Shown here: in pieces, positions 11,203-20,922 of the stretch | Position numbering within the stretch: the stretch's first letter is position 1 | How the letters are laid out: each line of letters starts with the position of its first letter | From: Candidatus Poribacteria bacterium | GTDB taxonomy: Bacteria > Poribacteria > WGA-4E > PCPOR2b | Length of the DNA: 64,000 nucleotides | Assembly: GCA_965116925.1 (NCBI GenBank) | Contig: OZ220744.1 | Coordinates: 768,001-832,000 of the forward strand | Direction of reading: 5' to 3' | Made by a program: the position numbers and the translations under genes | Notes under the pieces: model-generated | Seen by the model: only the letters and a program-made list of their open reading frames with translations | The model's database searches: none | What the model was told of the DNA's origin: nothing

Positions 11203-11386
11203 GGCGTGCTGATATTTTGCTGTTGCTAATTCGGCAAACGTTGTAATCATCGGGCAATCTGCCATAAGTAGCGCGGACTGTTAGTTTGCGGCGGGGGATC
11301 ACAATCTAACAGATCGTGGTACAAAAGGAGCCGTCCTGATGAAAAACGGAGTTGGGTTTCACGGCTCCCGTTCAACCCAACCTACG
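11199..11386 (+). mobile_element. MITE family B, left part (right end not found)
   Basis: ctagggcgtgctgata.. matches the B left end; contains the gtagcgc../gatcacaatctaacagatcgtggtac doublet. Confidence 0.6.
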
Positions 11387-11412
11387 TTCTTATCCCGTAA
11401 AAATTGCTTGTA

Positions 11413-12405
11413 TCAAGTGCCTACTTTAACTTTTGTATTATGTGTCATTGCTGCCTCAATGGCTAAACAGGTTTCAACTGTTGTAATTCCTTCGGACAGT
11501 GGGCAAGCCAGAGGTGTATTCCTCAAGATGCTATCGGCAAAGTTCTCCATTTCGTATGCCCATTCAGGTGAACCACGACCGTGTAGCGGCGTGGTCGTCA
11601 ATTGCTCTGGATTCCATTCGGCTGATTTGTGCAGATAGCCGTGCAGGACCTCTTCCTCCCACCAACAGACAATTGTCCCCTCGTGCCCGTAGACGGAAAG
11701 CGACATGATGTATGGGCGGACCACCGATGCGCTGGTAAATACCTTGCCCATCGCGCCATTCTTGAATTTTAGGATTGCGAGTCGTGCATGTTCTGTATAA
11801 TCGCCGGAGACCTCCTCAATGTCGCCGGCAACCCAGCGCAACAGGTCCACGGAGTGATAGGCGATCCCCAACCGCACCTGTGCCCGTGGGCTACGTCCCC
11901 ATGTCAGGCGGCTCGGATATTCATCCGGATCTGCTTTATGTGCGTAATTGGACGAGAGGTAGAACAGATCGCCGACCCCACCGCCGGAAACAATCTCTTT
12001 CGCGTGTGCAAAGGTGGGCCAAGAACGGCAGATATGCCCCGTGGCAGCTTTCTGGTTCGGATATTCAAACATGGCGATGCGAAGTGCCCGGCACTCCTCA
12101 ATGGTGAGGCACGCAGGTGTCTCACCAAGGACGTGCTTGCCCGCACTCAAGCACGCAAGCAGCTGTTCTGCGTGAAGGTAGTGCGGCGTGCACAGATTGA
12201 ATGCGTCGATTTCGTTATCCTTCAAGGCTTCGTCGAATGAACGATAGATTTTCGGAACGCCCCACGTCTCTGCTTTTGCCTTTGAAGCGTCAGAATGTGC
12301 TACCACAGCGGCAACCGTTGCTTTATCAGGAATTGCCTTGTAGCCGTTAAAATGGTTCGTACCTGTCCAGCCTGTGCCGACGATACAAACGTTGATTTTG
12401 TCCAT
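11413..12405 (-). CDS. Gfo/Idh/MocA oxidoreductase
   Basis: IVGTGWTG Rossmann motif, LCTPHYLH, GKHVLGETP, HSVDLLRW. Confidence 0.9.
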   Translation of the reverse strand: MDKINVCIVGTGWTGTNHFNGYKAIPDKATVAAVVAHSDASKAKAETWGVPKIYRSFDEALKDNEIDAFNLCTPHYLHAEQLLACLSAGKHVLGETPACLTIEECRALRIAMFEYPNQKAATGHICRSWPTFAHAKEIVSGGGVGDLFYLSSNYAHKADPDEYPSRLTWGRSPRAQVRLGIAYHSVDLLRWVAGDIEEVSGDYTEHARLAILKFKNGAMGKVFTSASVVRPYIMSLSVYGHEGTIVCWWEEEVLHGYLHKSAEWNPEQLTTTPLHGRGSPEWAYEMENFADSILRNTPLACPLSEGITTVETCLAIEAAMTHNTKVKVGT

Positions 12406-12451
12406 CGTTTAGATCTCCTTGGTTCTGGTAAACCTTTGTATATAATAAATG

Positions 12452-12612
12452 TAAGACTTACGCACTTCAGTTCTAAGACCAGATAGGGACGCAGATTTCG
12501 CTGATTGTCGCAGATAAAAAGAGAAGACTCATGTAAAAACGGAGTGCAATTACGGTGAACGCGTTGAGGGCGGGGCAAGATGCCCCGCCTACGGTTTGCT
12601 GCGTAAGGGATA
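12452..12612. mobile_element. Degenerate MITE family F copy
   Basis: taagacttacgca...tgcgtaagggata ends; REP gcggggcaagatgccccgcctac inside; no clear TSD. Confidence 0.5.
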
Positions 12613-12764
12613 AAAAAATTGCCCCTCACTTTGGAGGTTCTGTGATATAATACCGGCAGATGTAGTTCCAGTCGGCTTACGCTATCAATCGGCATTAAGA
12701 TTAGTGGAAAAGTTAATGTGTGTCAAGCGTAAAAGACCTACTCAATTATAGTAAATTTTAGCAT

Positions 12765-13018
12765 TATAGTAGATTTTAGAATTAATGGGACCCTCCAAAT
12801 CGGCGCAGTTAGAAACAGCGCCTACCAAACATGGGGAGGCGCAAGTGTTTATTTATTTAGAACTTACGCACTTGAACGCTTAAAGCGGGCAACCACAAGG
12901 GTTGCCCCTACGGTCAGATCTTCGGTTTATAGTCGGGCGCGTGTGTCGTGACGCGCAATGAATTGCGCTACTACAAACTGAACTGCGTAACTCCTATTTA
13001 TTTTTTGAATTCACTATA
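12765..13018 (+). mobile_element. MITE family E interrupted by family F
   Basis: E ends intact; F inserted at 12858-12996. Confidence 0.85.
12858..12996 (+). mobile_element. MITE family F (139 bp, 13-bp imperfect TIR, 6-bp TSD)
   Basis: tagaacttacgca...tgcgtaactccta flanked by tttatt/tttatt. Confidence 0.9.
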
Positions 13019-13039
13019 AATACCGGAGGTATAAAAATT

Positions 13040-13852
13040 ATGCCCAAACTCGTTGAACCTGTCATCGCGGATCCGGACGACATTGAAGCGCAGATCGAAT
13101 GCTTCAAAGTCCACGGTTATGTTATTCTTCCAGATCTACTTTCGCCCGATGAAGTCGATACCCTTAACGATGCCATCGACCGAGATCGGGAGGCAAACCC
13201 TTTTATGTGGTTTTCTGGAACAGCGCCCGACTACAACTGCAATCTCCTGTTGACAGAGCCTGCGTTTGAGATGACCATCCGCCATGAAAGGCTACTCCCC
13301 CTTATCGGGGAATTGATGGGCGGTCCCATCTGCTTTGAGGAGCTCGCTGTACGCCATCGTGATGGGGAGGATGAAGCGCATGACACAGGGTGGCACCGGG
13401 ACCGTGGCTATTGGCCCGAACACCCCCTGAATCTCGATTATCCACAGGTTATCTACTATCTGAACGATGTGAACGAGACGACCCACTGTTTTTCTATCAG
13501 TCCGGAGCCTGCCGGCGGAGAAATCCTCGACGACAAAGAGGCACATCTTGAACGCGGTGGTATGCTCCATTTCTATGGCACAGCGGGTTCGGCGATCCTT
13601 TTCAATTGTGCCACTCTGCACGGTGTCACATTACGGAAAACTGATCAGGTGCGTCGTACAATTCAGGTCTATTACGGGCATCCCAACCGTCGTTCCTTGA
13701 GCGAAGTGACGCTGATGCCTCCGAGCCTGTGGCGGGATCACCCAGATCCAGAGGTTCGCCGCTTCTACAGCAAGTTCAATCGGTATACGCGAGTCATGAT
13801 GGACGGTCTTAGTATGACCGATGATAGGGAACACTCGCTCCCACAACCGTAG
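13040..13852 (+). CDS. Phytanoyl-CoA dioxygenase (PhyH) family Fe(II)/2OG oxygenase
   Basis: FKVHGYVILPDLL, WHRD, AGSAILFNCATLHG, RR motif. Confidence 0.88.
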   Translation: MPKLVEPVIADPDDIEAQIECFKVHGYVILPDLLSPDEVDTLNDAIDRDREANPFMWFSGTAPDYNCNLLLTEPAFEMTIRHERLLPLIGELMGGPICFEELAVRHRDGEDEAHDTGWHRDRGYWPEHPLNLDYPQVIYYLNDVNETTHCFSISPEPAGGEILDDKEAHLERGGMLHFYGTAGSAILFNCATLHGVTLRKTDQVRRTIQVYYGHPNRRSLSEVTLMPPSLWRDHPDPEVRRFYSKFNRYTRVMMDGLSMTDDREHSLPQP

Positions 13853-14965
13853 GTGAAAATTATGCAATTCAAAGCACATCTTGTTGATGATACGATCAGA
13901 AGTGTTTATGGACTGGAAGTTGCCGATATGAACGGTGATGGACAGAAGGATATTGTCATGGGCTCCACCGGCGAGCCGATCATTGTTTGGTACGAAGCAC
14001 CTGATTGGAAGAGGCATCTCATTTCAGATCAGCACCCCGGCAATATCACTATCGCCGCTCAGGATCTGACGGGAAACGGCTTACCGGATCTGTTTGTTGG
14101 AAGCGCGTTTAATCGGGGTGACCGTTCTCTCATCGAATATCTACATTGGCTCGAAGCCCCTACGGACGGTGGACAGTGGAAGAGTCATTTCATTGAAGAA
14201 ATCCCATACCTTCACCGGATCGCAGTTGCCGACATTAACGGTGATGGTCAACCCCTTCTGTTTGCCGCATCAATTCAGGGACCCGAAGGTGGGTTAGATG
14301 ATTGGTACGATCCGGGCAGTCTCTGGTGTTACCCGTTTCCAAGCGATCCGGTCAATGGTCCGTGGGAACGCCGCCTAATTGACGGAAAGTTGCATCTCAA
14401 TCATGGAATGAGTGTCGGCGATGTGGACGGGGATGGCAGGCTTGATATCCTGATTGGTTGTCGGGACGGGGTCATTTGGCTTGAACCTCCTGCGGATCCG
14501 TTAGAAGGCGAGTGGAGCCGATGGGTGATTAGTGACCAAGAGAGCAGCGAGGTTTTCACGGTCGATCTGGATGGCGATGGGGTCAACGAGATTTTATCCA
14601 TTGAACCGTGGCACGGGAACACGCTATCGTGGTATAAGGCATCGGGGGATTTGCGGACAGGTCAGTGGGCGCGACACCAGATTGATGATACGTTGAATCG
14701 TGGACACTCGCTGCATGGAGTTGACGTCGATGGCGATGGAAGGGTGGAAATTATCTCCGGGTATAACGGTGAGGGCTGGAACCTTCAACTCTATCGTCCT
14801 GAAGATCTTGATTGCAACCGGTGGACGAAAGAATTCATTGACCACGGTGGTTTGGGGGTCGGTAATATGCACGTGCTTGACCTGAACGATGACGGACGGG
14901 TGGACATCATCGCAGGGGGGTTGAGTACGGGTAATGTCAAGTGGTATGAGAATGTGGGTGCGTAG
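13853..14965 (+). CDS. FG-GAP/VCBS repeat beta-propeller protein (no obvious signal peptide)
   Basis: Repeated DMNGDGQKD, DINGDG, DVDGDGRLD, DLDGDGVNE, DLNDDGRVD. Confidence 0.85.
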   Translation: MKIMQFKAHLVDDTIRSVYGLEVADMNGDGQKDIVMGSTGEPIIVWYEAPDWKRHLISDQHPGNITIAAQDLTGNGLPDLFVGSAFNRGDRSLIEYLHWLEAPTDGGQWKSHFIEEIPYLHRIAVADINGDGQPLLFAASIQGPEGGLDDWYDPGSLWCYPFPSDPVNGPWERRLIDGKLHLNHGMSVGDVDGDGRLDILIGCRDGVIWLEPPADPLEGEWSRWVISDQESSEVFTVDLDGDGVNEILSIEPWHGNTLSWYKASGDLRTGQWARHQIDDTLNRGHSLHGVDVDGDGRVEIISGYNGEGWNLQLYRPEDLDCNRWTKEFIDHGGLGVGNMHVLDLNDDGRVDIIAGGLSTGNVKWYENVGA

Positions 14966-15000
14966 CTTTTGGCATTAGTTCATTGGTGAATCAATGTACT

Positions 15001-15760
15001 ATGGGTAGGTTTTAGAATTAATTATACACTGAATTCACTATAATTCTCTGAGCGGGAAAACTAGATGCCCCGTCCCGATTCATCGAGAGGCAATCTGCCA
15101 AATGTAACGCAAACTGTTAGTTTGCGGGTTGGGATCACAATCTAACAGATTGTGGTACAAAAGACTATCTACTGTTAATGTCTATTTATTCTTAGAATTC
15201 ACTATAATTAACGTAAGTTGCTAGTTGCGTTACGATACCACATACATGTCGCTCCGCTGGGGCTCTAAGGCTGGTTTTATCCTGTTTTCTATACACATGT
15301 CGTCCCGCTGGGGCTATGAGTCGGGCAAGATGCTCGACCTACGGAGGGGGAACATTGTTGGGTTTCACGGTTCCCGTTCAACCCAACCTACGCACTGATG
15401 GATTTTTAATAACTAGGGCGTGTTGACATTTTGAAGCTGCTGATTCGGCAAACGCTGTAAGCATCAGGCTATCTGCCATAAGTAGCGCGAACTGCTAGTT
15501 TGCAGGCTGGATCACAATCTAACAGATTGTGGTACAGAAGATTCCTTTTATGAAATAAGTTTTTGAACGGGAGACTTCCCGATGACAAACGGAGTTGGGT
15601 TTCACTCTATCTGTGTATCAACAACAGTGTTGTTGAACGACTCAGCCCCCACTTGTCGTTGATAGGGATTGGCGTTTAACCGTTCAACCCAACCTACGGA
15701 CCGTTACTTCTTACGTTCCACCTTTAGGATACACATGTCGCCCCGCTGGGGCTAAATGAA
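15001..15760. repeat. Mosaic of E, C and B fragments and REP-like hairpins
   Basis: E ends at about 15006-15042 and 15178-15206; C left TIR at 15211; B left end at 15413; acatgtcgccccgctggggct-type units. Confidence 0.75.
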
Positions 15761-15806
15761 CAGATAAACCAATGATTCTTCACGTTTCACGTTATCAACA
15801 TCTATT

Positions 15807-17015
15807 ATGCTTATACTTTGTGCCAATGTTGGCAGCACTTCATTCAAATACCAGATTATTGATGTCGAAACATCGGCGTCGCTAGTCACGGGCGGTGTTG
15901 AGCGGGTCGGCAATTCGCCTTCACCGTTCACACACGCCGTGCCCGGCAAACCGCCCCTAAGCGGCGAAATCGATGCGCCAAACCATAATGCTGCGATTGT
16001 GCACGCGATAGATCTGATCACCTCCCCCGAAACAGGGGTCGTGGCGGATCTCAGCGACCTTGTGGGGATAGGGTTTAAGACCATTCTCGCCAGGGGGATT
16101 TGGCGTTCCGCGTTGATAACGGACAAAGTAGTCGATGCCCTCGAAGCGGATATTCCATTTGCCCCTACCCACAATCCTGCTTACATCGCCTCGATCCGTG
16201 CGTTTCGGGAGCGACTCCCGAACACACCGTTGGTCGCTGTTTTTGAGACATGGTTTCATCAGACGATGCCGGACTACGCCTCCGAGTTTGGTGTGCCGCG
16301 GAAGTGGGTGGAGAGGCATCATATCCGTCGTTACGGCTTCCACGGCGCATCACATCGCTACATCTCAGAGCGGGTCCCCCAACTGCTCGGCGATTCACCG
16401 GCGAATCTACGGATTATCTCCTGTCATCTCGGTGGGAGCTCATCGTTGTGTGCTATTCGCGACGGTCAGTCAATTGATACGACGATGGGCGTTTCGCCGC
16501 AATACGGTCCTATCCAATCGTCTCGGAGCGGAGATCTGGATCCGTTTGCGGTGCTTTACCTGATGGATGCGGAGGGGTGGGATACAGACGAAATTCGTCG
16601 TCAACTGATTGAGGAGTCGGGGCTGCGCGGAATTTCAGGCGTCAGCGGCGATTTGCGCGATGTCGAAGCGGCAGCAACAGAAGGGAATGACGATGCACGG
16701 CTGGCGATGGATACTTTCTTCTATCAGGTCAAGAAGCACATCGGTGCTTACATCGCCGCGCTCGGTGGGGTGGACGTGATTGCGTTCACCGGCGGGATCG
16801 GCGAAAAGAGTACAACGGCGCGTGCAGCAATTTGTGAGGGCTTGGAATGGCAGGGTATCTTGTTAGATCCACAAAGGAATGAGCGTCACACGGGCGAAGG
16901 AGAAATCTCTGCCGCTGATAGCCGGGTGAAGATTCTCGTTGTGCCAGCGGATGAGGAGGTTATCGTCGCACGAGAAACGGCGAACGTCATCGCGCAACGG
17001 AAGAACAGTGCGTGA
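15807..17015 (+). CDS. ackA: Acetate/propionate kinase family
   Basis: NVGSTSFKY, APTHNP, RRYGFHGASH, CHLGGSSS, FTGGIGE. Confidence 0.9.
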   Translation: MLILCANVGSTSFKYQIIDVETSASLVTGGVERVGNSPSPFTHAVPGKPPLSGEIDAPNHNAAIVHAIDLITSPETGVVADLSDLVGIGFKTILARGIWRSALITDKVVDALEADIPFAPTHNPAYIASIRAFRERLPNTPLVAVFETWFHQTMPDYASEFGVPRKWVERHHIRRYGFHGASHRYISERVPQLLGDSPANLRIISCHLGGSSSLCAIRDGQSIDTTMGVSPQYGPIQSSRSGDLDPFAVLYLMDAEGWDTDEIRRQLIEESGLRGISGVSGDLRDVEAAATEGNDDARLAMDTFFYQVKKHIGAYIAALGGVDVIAFTGGIGEKSTTARAAICEGLEWQGILLDPQRNERHTGEGEISAADSRVKILVVPADEEVIVARETANVIAQRKNSA

Positions 17016-17093
17016 TGCGTAAAATCTTTTCGCTCATGTTAAAAAGCCGTGCAACAGAAATCGAGTTTGGCTCATGTTAAGAAATCGTGCAAA

Positions 17094-17125
17094 GAAACCG
17101 AGTTTTGAAGAAAAAACTCGGTTTC
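17094..17125. repeat. Palindromic repeat GAAACCGAGTTTT-GAAGAA-AAAACTCGGTTTC (possible terminator)
   Basis: Perfect stem; copies at about 18311, 19448 and 61037; here between convergent genes. Confidence 0.7.
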
Positions 17126-17149
17126 TCTTTGCGTTTTGCACTTTCTTTT

Positions 17150-17220
17150 TATAGTGGATCTTAGAATTATGAGACACGCCAAACCGGTGCGGTTAAAAAC
17201 CGCACCTACCGGGTTGAAGT
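17150..17220 (+). mobile_element. MITE family E, left part with an alternative REP
   Basis: tatagtggatcttagaatt.. then ggtgcggttaaaaaccgcacctac. Confidence 0.65.
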
Positions 17221-17232
17221 GAATAATGGCAG

Positions 17233-18252
17233 TTATCGTTTGCCCTGTTTGATCCGTCCCCATATTGTAAACTTTTTGCCGGTGGGTGAAACCGAAAAAG
17301 GAGTGTTCAACCATGCAGGTCCAAAGTCACTATGCGGATTATTGGTGAGGTTTTGCTTATTACCCCCATCGGCATCCATGACGTAGATTTCGCTCTTCCC
17401 GTCCCTATTAGAATTGAAGACAATACGTTGACTGTCGGGTGACCATGACGGAGACCCATCCCAATCACGATGATTGGTCAGTTTCTGTTGATTACCCCCA
17501 TCGGCATCCATCACGTAGATGTCAAAATTTATAGCGTCCCCCTTCCTATCAGCCATGAAGGCAATTCGTTTGCCGTCAGGAGACCATACAGGCCGCCAGT
17601 CATTATTCCGATTTTCAGTGAGTCTGTGTTGATTCGCCCCATCGGCATCCATCACATAGATTTCATAAATGATGTCCAAGTTGTGTACAACGTGCCCCTC
17701 CCTCTGAGCACTGAAGACAATCCGTTTACCATCCGGGGACCATGCGGGATCCGTGTCCGATGTGAGGTTTTTAGTGAGGTTTAGTTGATTGCTTCCATCG
17801 GCATCCATCACGTAGATTTCAATGTTATGCCCCTTATCGTTATCCCTATCAGACTGGAAAACAATGCGTTTGCCGTCAGGGGACCATGAGGGATCTCTGT
17901 CATCAGCGGGATGGTTAGTGAGGTTTTGCTGATTCCCCCCATCGGCGTCCATCACGTAGATGTCAGAACTAAAAAAACCGGGGATACGCAAGGGGTGCCC
18001 ATCCCTATCAGATATGAAGACAATCCGTTTACCGTCGGGTGACCATGAGGGTTCATAGTCCCTAGCGAGATTATTGGTAAGTCTACGCTGATTTTTTCCA
18101 TCGGCATCCATCACGTAGATTTCAGGGTTACCATCTCTACGAGACACGAAGGCAATCTGTGCCTGTGCGTCAACGACTGCTATCAGCGGTGTCAGACTTA
18201 ATGCTACACCGGTAGCTAAAATCAGATGTGCAAACCTATATCTTCGGTGCAT
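17233..18252 (-). CDS. Secreted TolB-like PD40 six-blade beta-propeller, paralog 1
   Basis: Signal peptide ending AQA; six [18 protein letters not shown] units; tail SVSPTGKKFTIWGRIKQ. Confidence 0.9.
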   Translation of the reverse strand: MHRRYRFAHLILATGVALSLTPLIAVVDAQAQIAFVSRRDGNPEIYVMDADGKNQRRLTNNLARDYEPSWSPDGKRIVFISDRDGHPLRIPGFFSSDIYVMDADGGNQQNLTNHPADDRDPSWSPDGKRIVFQSDRDNDKGHNIEIYVMDADGSNQLNLTKNLTSDTDPAWSPDGKRIVFSAQREGHVVHNLDIIYEIYVMDADGANQHRLTENRNNDWRPVWSPDGKRIAFMADRKGDAINFDIYVMDADGGNQQKLTNHRDWDGSPSWSPDSQRIVFNSNRDGKSEIYVMDADGGNKQNLTNNPHSDFGPAWLNTPFSVSPTGKKFTIWGRIKQGKR

Positions 18253-18357
18253 TTGCTATGCCTCCTCTGGTTTCAAATCGGTTTTGGCTCAGGTCAAGAA
18301 ATAGTGCAAAGAAACCGAGTTTTGAAGAAAAAACTCGGTTTCTCTCAACAGTGGCAG

Positions 18358-19389
18358 TTAGCGATTTGCCTGTTTGACTCGTCCCCATAGCGTGAGGGTC
18401 TTACCGGCGGGAGCAACGGAGAAAGCAGGACCAAACCATGCAGGAGCAAGGTCAGCATTGGGATTATTAGTGAGTCTTTGAAGATTCCCCCCATCGGCAT
18501 CCATTACGTAGATTTCAAGGCTTTCCCAGTCCCCAGGCTTATAAGACGAGAAGGCAATCCGTTTGCTGTCCGGTGACCATGAGGGATTCCGGTCAATGAT
18601 GCGATTTTCAGTGAGTCTTTGAAGATTCCCCCCATCGGCGTCCATCACGTAAATTTCAAAGTTTTGCCAGTCCCCCTTCCTATCAGATGAGAAGGCAATC
18701 CGTTCACCGTCAGGAGACCATACGGGTGACAACTCATTATTCCGATTATTGGTGAGTCTGTGTTGATTCCCCCCATCGGCGTCCATCACGTAGATTTCAT
18801 AAGTGATGTCCAAGTTATGTACAACGTGCTCCTCCCTACGGGCACTGAAGACAATCCGTTGACCGTCGGGTGACCACGAGGGATATTGGTCCTCAGTAAG
18901 ATTGTTAGTGAGTCTTTGTTGATTCCCGCCATCGGCGTCCATCACGTAGATGTCAATGCCATGAGGCTGACCCTCCGCATCCCTATCAGACTCGAAGGCA
19001 ATGCGTTTACCGTCCGGTGACCACGAGGGATACCTATCATCAGAGGGATTGTTAGTGAGTCTTTGTTGATTATCTCCATCGGCGTCCATCACGTAGATTT
19101 CATAAGTGGACCAACCGTGTCTAGCGTGGACATGCCCATCTCTAGCAGACATGAAGACTATCCGTTTACCGTTAGGAGACCATGAGGGGTTGATGTCAGC
19201 ATGGGGATGATTGGTGAGTCTACGCGGATTACCTCCATCGGCGTTCATCACGTAGATTTCAAAGTTCCCATCCCTCTTAGACGCAAAGGCAATCTGTGCC
19301 TGTGCGTCAACGACTATCATCAGCGATGTCAGACTTAATGCTACAACGATAGTTAAAATCATACGGGCGAGACTATGTCTTCGGCGCAT
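18358..19389 (-). CDS. Secreted TolB-like PD40 beta-propeller, paralog 2
   Basis: Same architecture; tail SVAPAGKTLTLWGRVKQ. Confidence 0.9.
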   Translation of the reverse strand: MRRRHSLARMILTIVVALSLTSLMIVVDAQAQIAFASKRDGNFEIYVMNADGGNPRRLTNHPHADINPSWSPNGKRIVFMSARDGHVHARHGWSTYEIYVMDADGDNQQRLTNNPSDDRYPSWSPDGKRIAFESDRDAEGQPHGIDIYVMDADGGNQQRLTNNLTEDQYPSWSPDGQRIVFSARREEHVVHNLDITYEIYVMDADGGNQHRLTNNRNNELSPVWSPDGERIAFSSDRKGDWQNFEIYVMDADGGNLQRLTENRIIDRNPSWSPDSKRIAFSSYKPGDWESLEIYVMDADGGNLQRLTNNPNADLAPAWFGPAFSVAPAGKTLTLWGRVKQANR

Positions 19390-19494
19390 CTGCTATGCCT
19401 CCTATGGTTTCAAATCGGTTTTGGCTCAGGTCAAGAAATAGTGCAAAGAAACCGAGTTTTGAAGAAAAAACTCGGTTTCTCTCAACAGTGGCAG

Positions 19495-20466
19495 TTAGCG
19501 GTTTGCCTGTTTGACCCGTCCCCATAGCGTGAGGGTCTTACCGGCGGGAGCAACGGAAAAAGCAGGACCAAACCATGCAGGAGCAAGGTCATCCTCGGGA
19601 TGATTGGTGAGGTTTTTAGGGTTACTCCCATCGGCATTCATCACAAAGATGTCAGGGTTCGCATCTACTTCTCTATCAGATACGAAGACAATCCGCCTCC
19701 CGTCAGGGGACCATGAGGGCTCCGTATCCTTAAAGGGATGATTGGTGATGTTTCGCGGATTATTCCCATCAGCATCCATCACGTAGATTTCAGCGTTCCC
19801 ATCCCTCCAGGACGCAAAGGCAATGCGCTTGCCGTCAGGAGACCAGGAGGGATTTTCATCATGACTGGCATTGTTGGTGAGGTTTTGCTTATTCCCCCCA
19901 TCGGCGTCCATCACGTAGATTTCCATGTTCCCACCTCGCCAAGAATGAAAGGCAATGCGCTTGCCGTCAGGAGACCAGGAGGGCCCATAGTCAGGAGAGC
20001 GATCATTGGTGAGATTTTTTGGTTTGCTCCCATCGGCGTTCATCACATAGATTTCAGGGCCCCCACCCCTCTGAGACGTGAAGGCAATCCGTTTGCCATC
20101 GGGAGACCATGCGGGGTCCGAGTCTTCAAAGTCATTGTCAGAAAGGTTTCGTTGATTTGCTCCATCGGCGTCCATCACGTAGATTTGCCGGTTCCAATCC
20201 TTACCACTCCTATCAGCCGTAAAGACAATCTGTTTGCCGTCAGGAGACCATGAGGGATGCCCGTCATCACCGGGGGCGTTAGTCAGGTTTCGCTGATTAC
20301 CGCCATCGGTATCCATCACGTAAATCTCCCACTCCCAATCGTTCCAATCTCTATCAGACATGAAGACAATCTGTGCCTGTGCGTCAATGACTACCATCAG
20401 CGGTGTTGGTCCCAACACGACAACGATAGTTAAAATCAGATGTGCGAGAGTGTCCCTTCGTTGCAT
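19495..20466 (-). CDS. Secreted TolB-like PD40 beta-propeller, paralog 3
   Basis: Same architecture, shorter loops; tail identical to paralog 2. Confidence 0.9.
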   Translation of the reverse strand: MQRRDTLAHLILTIVVVLGPTPLMVVIDAQAQIVFMSDRDWNDWEWEIYVMDTDGGNQRNLTNAPGDDGHPSWSPDGKQIVFTADRSGKDWNRQIYVMDADGANQRNLSDNDFEDSDPAWSPDGKRIAFTSQRGGGPEIYVMNADGSKPKNLTNDRSPDYGPSWSPDGKRIAFHSWRGGNMEIYVMDADGGNKQNLTNNASHDENPSWSPDGKRIAFASWRDGNAEIYVMDADGNNPRNITNHPFKDTEPSWSPDGRRIVFVSDREVDANPDIFVMNADGSNPKNLTNHPEDDLAPAWFGPAFSVAPAGKTLTLWGRVKQANR

Positions 20467-20705
20467 CTGTTATTCCACCTCTGTTCTCAAATCGGCTGTT
20501 TATTGTTTAGGGATGATAGAGGTCCGCTGGTGTTGGCAACCCCTTTACAATTATAGTTATAATATAGACACAAATTCCTGCTGGGAGTTCTCAAGTAAAG
20601 TAACAATTCGGACTATTATCACGTGAAACCTTCGCCCCTTCTTTGGTGTTTATGACATCCCCCCGGACACTCATAGATCTCAGCAAACACTGTTTTCTCA
20701 GTAAT

Positions 20706-20922
20706 CTAGTACACTGTCAGGCAAATTATGATTGTCTATATGGATCGAGACTCATAATACTTCGTAGGAGTCGGGTGACCCGACCCCCGCACTGGCAAAT
20801 AAGGGCGGGGAGACCCCGCCCCTACAATTTATTTTCGTGCTTTGCACTTTCTACATGAGCCCTGATTGAAAGCAAACGATAACATATATAATAATTCCAA
20901 AACTTATATGACTGAGTACTAG
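20706..20922 (-). mobile_element. MITE family A, inverted and expanded (217 bp)
   Basis: ctagtacactgtca...tgactgagtactag; extra REP inside; one CTAG contains the stop codon of paralog 4. Confidence 0.82.
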
